From an uncultured Pseudomonadota bacterium (GTDB taxonomy: Bacteria; Pseudomonadota; Alphaproteobacteria; RF32; CAG-239): a DNA stretch of 64,000 bases. Positions 36,017-45,882 of this stretch are shown here, in pieces. The position numbers and the translations under genes are program-made. How positions within the stretch are numbered: position 1 is the stretch's first letter; each line of letters starts with the position of its first letter. Under the pieces are notes generated by a model. The model made no database searches. It was given only the letters and a program-made list of their open reading frames with translations, and was not told the origin of the DNA. The DNA lies in the NCBI GenBank assembly GCA_949295915.1, contig CASFNB010000001.1, positions 37,565-101,564 of the forward strand, in the 5' to 3' direction.

Positions 36017-37729
36017 TTAGAGTTCCTCATCAAAATAAGTTTCTGGTTCATCAGAAAGCTGAGCGCCTTCTTCTTCATCCAGTTGTTTAATACGTGTTAA
36101 TAAATCAATTTTAGAGCCTTTAAATTCGGCTAAAATGGCTTTAACCAAAGGATATTCGGAAACACTGCGTTTATTTTCTTCTTCGGCAGCATACTCTTTG
36201 GCAGCAAGAGTTTGCCCCATTTGTCCGCGGAGTGTTTCAATCTTCCATGTTTTGCCGGTTGCATTTTCCAATTCTTTATGCAGATTTAATATAAAATCAT
36301 TGGAGATTTTTTCCGAAATGGTCATTTTGATAAAGCCATCGGCAAACTCTTGAATGGCAATATCGTTTTTTATGGCGTAGGAAAGTAAAATCTTTTTGTG
36401 CTGCTCAAAAAAAGCAGCCATTTCTTCGGGTGATTTGAAAGAAACTTTAGCTTCCGTAGCGGCCAAGGCGTTTTCATTTTCAGCCAAAGCGGCAGCATGA
36501 GATGCAATCAGCACCGAGGGGGCGGATTCAGTTTTTTTTTCAGCCGAAAAGCTTAAGCTAGAGTTTTTTTTTACGTCGTTCAAAATCTCAAAAGGCGTCG
36601 GAAGAGAGGCAGAATACGCCACGCGAATGAGTATCATTTCCAAGGCATCTATTTGCACCGGAGCAATAGCTAACTCGGAAATACCTTTGAGAAGCATTTG
36701 CCAAATTTTAGAAAGAATGGCAATCGAGATTGAGCCGGAAAGTTTGCGGCAAAGCTCTTTTTCCGATTCAGCCAAATTATCATCATCAATGGAAGAGGGA
36801 ACAATTTTTGCCTTGGCAACCATGTGCGTAATATTAACCAAATCTTGCAACAAGGTGGTGGGGTTAGCACCGTTTTTATATTGTTCTTTAAGGTTTTTCA
36901 AAACCTCATCAACTTTACCGGCAACCAAAGATTCAAAAAGCTCAAAAGTTTGGTTGCGGTCAGCCAAGCCGATCATGTTTTTAACCGTTTCGGTTTTAAT
37001 CATGCCTGAGCTCAAAGAAATGGCTTGGTCAAGCAAAGACAAACCGTCACGACAAGAACCGTCGGCAGCTTTGGCAATAATCTGCAAAGCCTCATCTTCG
37101 GCTTGCAAGCCTTCTTTGCCGATAATGTTTTTGAAGTGGTTAAACAAAGTATCAACGGTCAAACGTTGCAAATCAAAGCGTTGGCAACGAGAAAGTACGG
37201 TAACCGGAACTTTTCTGATTTCGGTTGTGGCAAAAATAAATTTGACGTGTGATGGCGGCTCTTCCAAAGTTTTGAGCAAAGCATTGAAAGCGCTTTTGGA
37301 GAGCATGTGTACTTCGTCGATGATATAAACTTTATAACGCGCATTGGTTGGCTTATAGCGCACACCATCCAAAATTTCGCGAATATCATCCACACCGGTA
37401 CGAGAAGCGGCATCAAGCTCTAAAACATCAATATGTCGCCCTTCGGCAATAGCTTTACAATTTTCGCAAACGCCGCAAGGATGAACGGTCGGACCGTCAT
37501 GAGCATCTGGACCGATACAGTTGAGAGCTTTAGCGATAATGCGAGCCGTTGTAGTTTTGCCCACACCGCGGATGCCGGTGAGAATATAAGCATGATGAAG
37601 ACGATTATTTTTAATGGCGTTGGTCAGAGTTTGCACCAAAGCATCCTGCCCGAGCAAATCTTCAAAAGTTTGCGGGCGATACTTTCTGGCAAGCACCACA
37701 TATTGATTATCAGTATTTTCTTCAGCCAT
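36017..37729 (-). CDS. dnaX: DNA polymerase III subunit tau (gamma candidate by slippage)
   Basis: Walker A GIRGVGKTTTARI, zinc module CGVCENC, DEVHML and SRCQRF. Two A9 tracts on the mRNA at 36572-36564 and 36540-36532. Confidence 0.95.
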   Translation of the reverse strand: MAEENTDNQYVVLARKYRPQTFEDLLGQDALVQTLTNAIKNNRLHHAYILTGIRGVGKTTTARIIAKALNCIGPDAHDGPTVHPCGVCENCKAIAEGRHIDVLELDAASRTGVDDIREILDGVRYKPTNARYKVYIIDEVHMLSKSAFNALLKTLEEPPSHVKFIFATTEIRKVPVTVLSRCQRFDLQRLTVDTLFNHFKNIIGKEGLQAEDEALQIIAKAADGSCRDGLSLLDQAISLSSGMIKTETVKNMIGLADRNQTFELFESLVAGKVDEVLKNLKEQYKNGANPTTLLQDLVNITHMVAKAKIVPSSIDDDNLAESEKELCRKLSGSISIAILSKIWQMLLKGISELAIAPVQIDALEMILIRVAYSASLPTPFEILNDVKKNSSLSFSAEKKTESAPSVLIASHAAALAENENALAATEAKVSFKSPEEMAAFFEQHKKILLSYAIKNDIAIQEFADGFIKMTISEKISNDFILNLHKELENATGKTWKIETLRGQMGQTLAAKEYAAEEENKRSVSEYPLVKAILAEFKGSKIDLLTRIKQLDEEEGAQLSDEPETYFDEEL

Positions 37730-37752
37730 GGTTAATTATCGTTTCATTCAAC

Positions 37753-37850
37753 AAAAAAGGTGGAGGACATATAGCCTTGATTAAAATCGTTACGGCTGCT
37801 TCCTTCCGGACCTGACCGGGTTGGCGACAAATCAACCCAACGTCCTCCTT
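37753..37850 (-). ncRNA. ffs: Signal recognition particle RNA (4.5S type)
   Basis: The minus strand reads GGAGGAC...CCGGUCAGGUCCGGAAGGAAGCAGCC...GUCCUCC followed by U6. This contains the universally conserved SRP domain IV motif. The 5'/3' ends pair. It lies directly upstream of dnaX, as in many bacteria. Confidence 0.85.
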
Positions 37851-37913
37851 TGGGTAATATTGCCGAAAACTAAAGAGATTTCAAGCAATATTTCAATTTT
37901 CAGACAAGAATTT

Positions 37914-39380
37914 TTAGTTGCCGACCATAATATTCATTTTTTCAAGGCTGCGGCGGATACTATCGCGTTCTTCGGCTTCATACAAATCTTCTTGGTTATC
38001 TAAATTGAGTCTATGACCGTAAATAAGAGATTCAGCCAAAGTTTTGTCTTTGCCGAAAATGAGCGGAGCGCGATATGTTTCTGTTATATCAACTTCTTCC
38101 GTAAAGACAGAAACATCTGCGGCATCAAAGCGTGTCGGAGCTTGATTGATAACCGTATCTCCGGTTTTTTTCACCTCGACAATATCCATGCTATGTTGGT
38201 TACGTCCGTTTTCAAACAGGCGGAACATGCCGTTGATTCCGACATAGCCGTCTGGGTTGGTAATAACCGAGGTTGGATTATTTCCGCCTTGTCTGGCAAT
38301 GGCATTGGCAAGAGCTACGGCATCATATCCCAAAGCATAGAGAGCTTGAGGGCGCTCACCGAAAACATAAGCATATTTGTTTACAAAGTAGTTGCTATGA
38401 CTACGGGAAATTGCCGGATACCAACTGCCGATAAGAGTTGATTCATTATTGAGTTTTGAGTTTTCCCAAAGAGAAGTTCCCAAAAATTTAACGTCGGGAG
38501 CAAAAACATCATAGTAGCCAAACATGGCAACGGCAGATTTGAGTTGAGCCCCTTTTTCGGGAATGAGAACCATGTCAAAGTCAATTTCACCCAAAGTATC
38601 ATGTGTAGAAACGCGTTTCAGAGCTTTGGCAGATTCGGCATCACCGGCATCGGCTTTAGCTTTGAGAGATGCTTTGAGTTTTTCCATACGAGCATAGCGT
38701 GTATTATAATCCGTCATTTCTCTTAAAATGTTGGAAAAATCAGAAGTGTTAGGCGGATAAAAGGCAATACGAGAGACCACAATACTGTTTTTCTTGGCAG
38801 CTTTAACGGCAGCTTTGGCAACGGCAATGCCGGTAGCATTATCCGGCACCAACAAAGCTAAGCGCGAACGCCCTTGTTTAACCGCATAAGAGATAATACG
38901 GCTGACTTGTTCATCAACAAGCAAACCCAAAGTATAAACACTGGGTTGCAACACATCTTCGGTGGTAGAAAAAGCAATTACGGGAATGTTTTTACGTGTT
39001 GTTTCATCGGAGATGGCGCGAACGGAAGAACTTTTCAAAGGACCGATAATCATTTGCACATTTTGGTTGAGAGCATTTTGCACGGCAGTTCTGGCGCCCT
39101 CGGCAGAGCTTTTGGTATCATAATATTGCAAAATGAGATTAGGATTTTTTACATCGTCAAGAGCAAGCATGGTTGCATTTTTCAAACCGTTTCCGTAACG
39201 AGCGGCATCACCGGTAAGAGGAAGCAAAACGCCAACTCTGAAACTTGTTTTTTCAGTAAGATTAATTTCTGAAAAATCGGTAGAAGAAGCATCGGCGCCG
39301 CCTAAATGGTCAACATTTGAAGAAGTTGAGCAACCGGCAAGAGCCAAGCCGAGAAATAACGCAGAAAATTTTTTTAACAC
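37914..39380 (-). CDS. LpoA-like penicillin-binding protein activator / periplasmic binding-fold lipoprotein
   Basis: Lipobox LALAGCS and a type-I periplasmic-binding fold. It is divergent from rsmI-yraN, as lpoA is in E. coli. Confidence 0.65.
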   Translation of the reverse strand: MLKKFSALFLGLALAGCSTSSNVDHLGGADASSTDFSEINLTEKTSFRVGVLLPLTGDAARYGNGLKNATMLALDDVKNPNLILQYYDTKSSAEGARTAVQNALNQNVQMIIGPLKSSSVRAISDETTRKNIPVIAFSTTEDVLQPSVYTLGLLVDEQVSRIISYAVKQGRSRLALLVPDNATGIAVAKAAVKAAKKNSIVVSRIAFYPPNTSDFSNILREMTDYNTRYARMEKLKASLKAKADAGDAESAKALKRVSTHDTLGEIDFDMVLIPEKGAQLKSAVAMFGYYDVFAPDVKFLGTSLWENSKLNNESTLIGSWYPAISRSHSNYFVNKYAYVFGERPQALYALGYDAVALANAIARQGGNNPTSVITNPDGYVGINGMFRLFENGRNQHSMDIVEVKKTGDTVINQAPTRFDAADVSVFTEEVDITETYRAPLIFGKDKTLAESLIYGHRLNLDNQEDLYEAEERDSIRRSLEKMNIMVGN

Positions 39381-39473
39381 TTGCTTTTTATCCTAAAATA
39401 TATTGTTCTGTTATATAACGATAATATATTATAAAAATTAGTTTAAAAAAAAACTAATGTAAAGAGAAGAGAT

Positions 39474-40310
39474 ATGAAAAACGGTTTATACATCGTCGCC
39501 ACGCCGATAGGAAATTTGGGAGATATTTCACCAAGAGCCATAGAAGTCTTAAGGGAAGCAGACACAATAGCTTGTGAAGATACCCGAGTGACTAAAAAAC
39601 TTTTTTCTTTGTTGGGTATAAGTTTGCACAAAACCTTCATAACCTTGCATGACCATAATGAAGATGAGCAAGCGCAGAAGATTATAGATTGCGTGTTATC
39701 GGGACAAACTGTAGCTCAAGTCAGTGATGCCGGTTCTCCCTTGATATCAGATCCCGGATATAAGCTGATAAAAAAATGTAAAGAAGCCGGAATTTATATC
39801 ACCACTCTGCCGGGGTGCTGTGCCCTGATTTCGGCTTTACAACTTTCGGGTTTGCCGACCAATCGTTTTATGTTTGTCGGCTTTATTCCCAATAAAGATA
39901 AGGCCAGAACGGATTTATTTGCCAAATATAAAAATTTGGATGCAACTTTGATTTTTTATGAAACGGCACCGAGATTGCTCAAAACCTTAAATGCGGCAAA
40001 AGAAGTATTTGGTAATCGAGAAATGTCTGTTGCTCGCGAAATCAGCAAGGTTTATGAAGAATGCCAAACGGCATGTGTGGAAGATTTGATAGAGTTTTAT
40101 ACGCAAAACCCGCCCAAAGGGGAGATGGTTTTTATGGTAGCCCCCTGCGCTGAAGACGAAAATCAACAAGAAATAGATTTGGCTACCATATTAAAAGATA
40201 AACTCAAAGAAGTCAGTTTAAAAACAGCCGTCAAAGAAATAGTTGAAACCTATGGTTTGAATAAAAACGAAGTTTATGAACATGCTTTAAGGATAAAAAA
40301 TGCAGAGTAA
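39474..40310 (+). CDS. rsmI: 16S rRNA 2'-O-ribose C1402 methyltransferase RsmI
   Basis: LYIVATPIGNLGDIS N-terminus, CEDTR, SDAG.P.ISDPG. Confidence 0.9.
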   Translation: MKNGLYIVATPIGNLGDISPRAIEVLREADTIACEDTRVTKKLFSLLGISLHKTFITLHDHNEDEQAQKIIDCVLSGQTVAQVSDAGSPLISDPGYKLIKKCKEAGIYITTLPGCCALISALQLSGLPTNRFMFVGFIPNKDKARTDLFAKYKNLDATLIFYETAPRLLKTLNAAKEVFGNREMSVAREISKVYEECQTACVEDLIEFYTQNPPKGEMVFMVAPCAEDENQQEIDLATILKDKLKEVSLKTAVKEIVETYGLNKNEVYEHALRIKNAE

Positions 40311-40671
40311 TTATCATAACGGAAAATTAGCCGAATATATCGCCTTGTTTTATTTGTTGTTTCATGGTTACTTTCCGGTTGCCAAAAATTATATCACCGG
40401 CAAAGGAACGCATGCCGGAGAAGTAGATTTAATTGTCCGCAAAGGAAAAACCATTGTTTTTGTAGAGGTTAAAGAACGTCGCAGTTTTGAAAAAGCCGCT
40501 TATGCCATTTCGGAAAAACAAAAACAACGCATTGTCAGAGGAGCAGAAGTCTTTTTAGCCAAACATAAGCGTTACGATGCTTTTGATATTCGTTTTGATG
40601 CCATATTGGTAGAATATCCGTTCAAAGTCAGACATTTGCGCAACGCTTGGATCGCAACTAAGCTATTTTAA
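40300..40671 (+). CDS. yraN: YraN family endonuclease-like protein
   Basis: 123 aa, G...E..A...L...G, GEVDLI, VFVEVK motifs. Confidence 0.85.
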   Translation: MQSNYHNGKLAEYIALFYLLFHGYFPVAKNYITGKGTHAGEVDLIVRKGKTIVFVEVKERRSFEKAAYAISEKQKQRIVRGAEVFLAKHKRYDAFDIRFDAILVEYPFKVRHLRNAWIATKLF

Positions 40672-41896
40672 GCCCTTGCAAACGCTCTAACAAATCTTGC
40701 TTTGAAAGAGAAAAGCCGCTTTCAATCCACATATCTTCCAAGTTGCTCAAAACTTGACCGATGTGCGGACTGCCTTGAATGCCGGCATTGATAATATCTT
40801 GACCGCGCAAAGGAAAAGTAGGTTTTTCAAAAGCCAAAATAAAGTTCAAAATTTCTTTAAAATCGGGCAAAATTTGTTTTTGCAGAGCTTGGATAATCAT
40901 TAATTTATTGCGCGCAAAATCTTTGCCGTAAGTATAGATAATTCGGTTAAGACAACGTATAACTTCAAAATCTCTGAGAGGCACGGAAACCCGAGCCAAA
41001 TCAACAAAATCTTGCTTTTGCTTTTTGCTGAACTTCATACGAACGGCAATGTTGTTGGCAAAAGCTTCATCAGGGTTAAACAAAATAAATAAACGGGCAA
41101 TGGCGTTTTTGGGCAAATTTCCCTGATTGATTTGCTTATCCAAAAAGTCCAAACATTTAATATTTTCATCTTTCGGCACCGGCAAAATATAGCTCAAAAT
41201 TTCATTATCAGCCATAATTTTGATGGTTTCGGCGGCTTTCGGAGTAACCAAAATTTTGCACAATTCATCACGGATTCTTTCCATGGAAAGTTCTTGCAAA
41301 CCTTCAGAATTTTCTTTGCAAGCGAGAAGAGCTTTTTTATCAATCGGTGTTTTGGCAAAAATAGAATAAAAACGGAAAAAGCGAAGGATTCTGAGATAAT
41401 CTTCCTTAATGCGCTGGGACGGATTACCTATGAAACGAACAATGCCTTTTTCCAAATCATCAATCCCGTTATAATAGTCAAACACGTTTCCGCGTTCATC
41501 GGCATAAACGGCATTAATTGTCAAGTCGCGGCGACCGGCATCGGTTTCCCAATCGGTAGTAAATTCCACTTCGGCATGGCGTCCGTCAGTTTTAATATCT
41601 TTGCGCAGAGAGGTTACTTCCAAAACCTTGTCATCAATCATCACGCCGACCGTGCCGTATTTAATACCCAGAGGAATGGTTTTTAAGCCATTGTCTTCGC
41701 AGGCTTCAACCAACTCATCAGGGCTCAAATCGGTTGCCAAATCCAAATCAAAACCTTCCAAACCGGCAAGGGTATCACGCACCGCACCACCGACAAAGCG
41801 CAAAGCACCGCCGTGTTCATCAACAATGTTAAAGAGTTTGAGAACGTTTTTACTTTTAATCAGTTTGTTTATATCTATATAATTATCGCGCATCAT
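40658..41896 (-). CDS. cca: CCA-adding tRNA nucleotidyltransferase / poly(A) polymerase family
   Basis: FVGGAVRD, DLDLAT and RDLTINA motifs, 412 aa. Confidence 0.85.
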   Translation of the reverse strand: MMRDNYIDINKLIKSKNVLKLFNIVDEHGGALRFVGGAVRDTLAGLEGFDLDLATDLSPDELVEACEDNGLKTIPLGIKYGTVGVMIDDKVLEVTSLRKDIKTDGRHAEVEFTTDWETDAGRRDLTINAVYADERGNVFDYYNGIDDLEKGIVRFIGNPSQRIKEDYLRILRFFRFYSIFAKTPIDKKALLACKENSEGLQELSMERIRDELCKILVTPKAAETIKIMADNEILSYILPVPKDENIKCLDFLDKQINQGNLPKNAIARLFILFNPDEAFANNIAVRMKFSKKQKQDFVDLARVSVPLRDFEVIRCLNRIIYTYGKDFARNKLMIIQALQKQILPDFKEILNFILAFEKPTFPLRGQDIINAGIQGSPHIGQVLSNLEDMWIESGFSLSKQDLLERLQGLKIA

Positions 41897-42001
41897 GATT
41901 GTTAACCCGTAAAATTTTTCTAGAAATTAACAGTTTTTAGATATATTTCAAATATTATTATCAAATAATGAAATAAATTTTAATAAAGAGAGAATGTAAA
42001 T

Positions 42002-42520
42002 ATGAAAAAAGGACTATCTTTTCTTGTTTTGAGTGCTTTTTTAGCCACAAATGCACATGCGGTTCAAACCATAAAACCGCAGCAAATCGGAGAATATGAT
42101 GATTGGGTTGCATACTATTATCAAGATGCTTCGGGCTTAACTTGTTATATGGCTTCCACACCGAAAAGAGATGAAGGAAAATATACCAAACGTGGCAATA
42201 TTTACACTGTTATTACCCATCGTCCGGCAGATAAAAGCTATGATGTTGTAAATATCACGGCAGGTTATACTTATAAACCGGAATCAAAAGTAGAAATTAA
42301 AATCGGAAATAAGACTTTTGATAAATTGTTTGTTAACGGCGATAAAGCTTGGGCAACAAGCGAGAAAACCGATAAAGAGATTGTTGAGGCCATGAAAAGA
42401 GGTTCAAGAATGATTGTTCACGGCACTTCAAGCAAAGGCACCGCCACCAAAGACACCTATTCTTTGGCCGGTTTTTCTCAGGCTTATAAAGCCATTAGTG
42501 CAAAATGCAAAAAGAGATAA
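42002..42520 (+). CDS. Secreted invasion-associated locus B (IalB)-like protein
   Basis: Signal peptide ending NAHA. Size, the conserved W..Y...C pattern and the C-terminal Cys are consistent with the IalB family. Recognised from memory only. Confidence 0.5.
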   Translation: MKKGLSFLVLSAFLATNAHAVQTIKPQQIGEYDDWVAYYYQDASGLTCYMASTPKRDEGKYTKRGNIYTVITHRPADKSYDVVNITAGYTYKPESKVEIKIGNKTFDKLFVNGDKAWATSEKTDKEIVEAMKRGSRMIVHGTSSKGTATKDTYSLAGFSQAYKAISAKCKKR

Positions 42521-43596
42521 TCATGACGGATAAAATTGAGTTAATCGGCTTAAGCAAAGAAGAGTTGGCGGAGGCTATTGCCGAAATAGGTGAAAAACCT
42601 TTCCGTGCCAAACAGGTTTGGCAATGGTTGTATCACCATGGCGTTACTGATTTTGAAAAAATGAGCAACTTAAGCAAAGATTTGCGCGCTAAGTTAGCTG
42701 AAAAATTTACTATCACCCGCCCAAAAATCGTAGCCGAGCAAATTTCTTCCGACCAAACCCATAAATGGTTGCTGGAGTTTGCCGATGGTCAGCGAATTGA
42801 AACCGTTTACATTCCGGAAGAGGATAGGGGAACGGTTTGCATTTCCACCCAAGTCGGCTGTGCCGTTGGTTGCACCTTTTGCCATACCGGCTCACAAAAA
42901 ATCACTCGTAATCTGACGGTAGGAGAGATTGTCTCACAGTTTTTGGTTGCCAGAGATGCTTATAATGAATGGCCAACTCCCACAGATGAAGTCAGATACT
43001 TGTCCAATATTGTGGTGATGGGCATGGGTGAGCCGCTGCACAATAAAGAAAATACCTTTAAGGCATTAAAGATATTATCAGATGGCGACGGCGTAGCCAT
43101 TTCGCGCCGTAAAATCACTTTGTCAACTTCCGGTATCGTGCCGCATATTGCCGAGGTGGCAAGCGAACTCGGCTGCCGTCTGGCAATCAGTCTGCATGCG
43201 TCAAATAACGAGCTTCGCACCCGTATCATGCCGATTAATAAACGATATCCGATAGAAGATGTTTTAACCGCATGCCAAGAGTTTCAAAAAAGAGCCGGCA
43301 GTTGCAAATATATCACTTTTGAATATTTGCTTTTGAACGGTTTGAATGATTCGCTGGAAAATGCACACGAACTGGTCGATTTGATGAAAAAATATAAGAT
43401 TGACGCCAAGTTTAACTTGATTCCGTTCAATCCGTGGCCGGGGTGCGATTATCAGCCATCTTCCAAAAATAGAGCCATGGCTTTTTCCAAAGAGTTGGGC
43501 AAGTTTGGCTATGCTGCACCGATTCGCGTAGCACGCGGACAAGATATTCTGGCCGCCTGCGGACAACTAAAGTCTAAAAAAGAACAACAAAAGTAA
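42505..43596 (+). CDS. rlmN: 23S rRNA/tRNA m2A methyltransferase RlmN (radical SAM)
   Basis: FRAKQVWQW, radical-SAM CAVGCTFCHTG, GMGEP. The true start may be Met at 42523. Confidence 0.9.
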   Translation: MQKEIIMTDKIELIGLSKEELAEAIAEIGEKPFRAKQVWQWLYHHGVTDFEKMSNLSKDLRAKLAEKFTITRPKIVAEQISSDQTHKWLLEFADGQRIETVYIPEEDRGTVCISTQVGCAVGCTFCHTGSQKITRNLTVGEIVSQFLVARDAYNEWPTPTDEVRYLSNIVVMGMGEPLHNKENTFKALKILSDGDGVAISRRKITLSTSGIVPHIAEVASELGCRLAISLHASNNELRTRIMPINKRYPIEDVLTACQEFQKRAGSCKYITFEYLLLNGLNDSLENAHELVDLMKKYKIDAKFNLIPFNPWPGCDYQPSSKNRAMAFSKELGKFGYAAPIRVARGQDILAACGQLKSKKEQQK

Positions 43597-43602
43597 AATA
43601 AA

Positions 43603-43633
43603 AAATCCCTTTGATAAGAAAAGGGATTTTTTT
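43603..43633. terminator. Intrinsic terminator after rlmN (shared with the convergent orphan gene)
   Basis: AAATCCCTT-N9-AAGGGATTT hairpin followed by a T-run. Confidence 0.65.
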
Positions 43634-44216
43634 AATGTCTTTCTCGACTTCCTCGTTCCAATTCAAGAAACCGCATATTTTGCATCTGTCTTTGCCTTTC
43701 ATAATTGCGGATACGTTGTTGGCGTTTGCGTTCTTCATCAGGCGTTTCACGCTGGTTGGAGTTAATTTCGCGCAAAGCCGTAATGCGTTTGATAACCTCT
43801 TGCGCACTTAATCCGTCCGCCAAAGTACGGATTTGCCCAATAATATTTTTCGGCGTCAGGCTTTGTTGAATGAGCTCCATATTCAAAAATTGTTCATTGG
43901 CAATTACGCGGTTTATTTCCACTTCCAAATTTTCATCATAAAAATCCTCATCTTCATAAGGATTATGGTTGGGCATGTTTTTAACTGAACCATGAATAAT
44001 TTTGACAATATATTTTTTAAACTGCTTTGCCACCAGTTTCATAAAGTTTGGTTTTGTTACGGTTGGGTTTTTAGAGGCACGCATGAGTGAAAACAGCAAA
44101 AGATTTTTCAAATATCTTTTCTGTGTTTTTTTCATCGGAATATTTGTCTGAATGCCGTTTCTGACCATGGCCAGAATTTCTTGGCGTTCTTCTTCAAATT
44201 TGTTTACTTCGTCCAT
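43632..44216 (-). CDS. Hypothetical protein (orphan, 194 aa, Arg/Gln-rich C-terminus)
   Basis: Long ORF with no competing conserved gene. No motif recognised. Confidence 0.45.
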   Translation of the reverse strand: MDEVNKFEEERQEILAMVRNGIQTNIPMKKTQKRYLKNLLLFSLMRASKNPTVTKPNFMKLVAKQFKKYIVKIIHGSVKNMPNHNPYEDEDFYDENLEVEINRVIANEQFLNMELIQQSLTPKNIIGQIRTLADGLSAQEVIKRITALREINSNQRETPDEERKRQQRIRNYERQRQMQNMRFLELERGSRERH

Positions 44217-44286
44217 GCTTTTTCCTCAAAATGCAAGCTAATATACCACAAAAAGCGGGGCTCTTCAATCAGCTTTTAAAAAAAAC

Positions 44287-44314
44287 TTGCAAAATTAAAC
44301 AAAAAAGCTACAAT
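44287..44314 (+). promoter_or_regulatory. Sigma70-like promoter candidate for the 495-aa orphan
   Basis: TTGCAA-N16-TACAAT, about 50 nt upstream of the ATG. Confidence 0.35.
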
Positions 44315-44366
44315 CGACCTACTTTTTGATTATTAATCTTATTACTAATTTAAATTTTTTTAAGTC

Positions 44367-45854
44367 ATGGAAAAGATTCTATCTAAAGAATTGCTTTTGC
44401 AAAATTTGAACAGTACAAATTTATTTGTTGTAAAAAACTGTATGTTGCGCATTTTTGATGAACTTTTGAAAGGAAATCAAGGGTTATTGTCAATGCAAGA
44501 CATCATTTTTTCTCAAAAAAGTGAGTTGCGTCCGGAAGAGTTTTTTAAGAATTTAGGCTTGTATTTTGTTGAAGATACACAGCGAAATGCAAAAAAATGG
44601 GACAATTTTTTCAATGTATTAGAACAACGCCGAGGTTATATATCCATATGTCGTTTGATAGTATTGGATATGTATCTGAGCGACAAGCTTAATAAACAAG
44701 AAAAACACAGATGCTGTTTTTGGTTGAACAATCATTGCCAGCTGGGTAATCATCAAGAGCTGATCTTGAAAATGTTATCCTATCCTGAAGACGGCAAATT
44801 ATTACTTTTGGCAAACAAATATATTGCGCAGGAATATTCTTTGAGCAAGCAAGAGTTGGATAAAATCTGCTCTTTGCCATTAAAAGCATCAAGAAAGCTA
44901 GACGCATATTCGTTGTTTATAAAGCAACGAAACCCCAAATATGACTTTGCCATATTGTCGGTGCTGTTACAAGATTTGTTAAATCCGTCAAAGAGTATTA
45001 ACTTAGAAGAAAAAGAAAGAATATGGGCGCAGGTTGTTTTTTTGTTGCAAAATAATCCGCTGAATGAAATCAACAATGATTTGTCAATAAATATTGATAC
45101 CTTCGGAAAGATGTATCAAGAAAAGAAAATGACCACAGATACATATTTGGATATTCTGGATGTATATGCCGAGCAAATAGCATTCAATATTACCTGTTTG
45201 CAGAAAATACTGAACGGGTATTATCAAGTGCTGATGGTTGAAAATCAACAAAGCAAATTGCCGCGCATAAAAGAAAGTTTATTCTCTTTGTTAGATATGA
45301 AAAATCCGAGTATATCGGATCAGGTATTGTCTATGATGTTGAAACTAATGTCCACACAAAAAGAAGAAGAACAATTCAAATTATACTATCTGCCGGAATT
45401 TGTTGCTACGGTATATAAACATGCTATCTCAATAAAAAAAGTAAAAGTTTCTGTAATGAAATATTGCTTAAAGGTAGATGAAAATTTGTTTTTGCTGCTT
45501 CTGGGTAAGAATATTGAGGGAGACATCAAGTCAATGCTGAAAGAGGTTGTGTATGACTATCCGCAACTTTGGGAAGATTGTGTAGAAAGCATGTTTTCCG
45601 GAACCTTAAGAAATCCTTTGCCGATAATAAAAATGATAGCAGAGCTATATGAGGCTTGTCGAGATGAGGAGGTACAAACAAAGCTCGGGAAAACGATAGA
45701 GAAGCTATTAAATAACCTTCCGGAAAAAGAAAATGTTGTAGCCAATTCTGATGAAGATTTAACATTTATGTACGGAAATGAAGGGTTAAAGGTCATAGCA
45801 GACAATTATCTCAGTCAAGCTCAAGAAGCAATGGCAAATTATCTGATAGGATAA
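44367..45854 (+). CDS. Hypothetical all-helical repeat protein (orphan, 495 aa)
   Basis: Long uninterrupted ORF with Leu/Lys/Glu-rich helical character throughout. No signal peptide or known motif recognised. Confidence 0.5.
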   Translation: MEKILSKELLLQNLNSTNLFVVKNCMLRIFDELLKGNQGLLSMQDIIFSQKSELRPEEFFKNLGLYFVEDTQRNAKKWDNFFNVLEQRRGYISICRLIVLDMYLSDKLNKQEKHRCCFWLNNHCQLGNHQELILKMLSYPEDGKLLLLANKYIAQEYSLSKQELDKICSLPLKASRKLDAYSLFIKQRNPKYDFAILSVLLQDLLNPSKSINLEEKERIWAQVVFLLQNNPLNEINNDLSINIDTFGKMYQEKKMTTDTYLDILDVYAEQIAFNITCLQKILNGYYQVLMVENQQSKLPRIKESLFSLLDMKNPSISDQVLSMMLKLMSTQKEEEQFKLYYLPEFVATVYKHAISIKKVKVSVMKYCLKVDENLFLLLLGKNIEGDIKSMLKEVVYDYPQLWEDCVESMFSGTLRNPLPIIKMIAELYEACRDEEVQTKLGKTIEKLLNNLPEKENVVANSDEDLTFMYGNEGLKVIADNYLSQAQEAMANYLIG

Positions 45855-45882
45855 ATTTTTCAAAAGAAAAAGCAAAGTTCTG

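Noticed and set aside
36627-37328. A 233-aa plus-strand ORF.
   Set aside because: It is antisense to dnaX, which has unambiguous clamp-loader motifs on the other strand.
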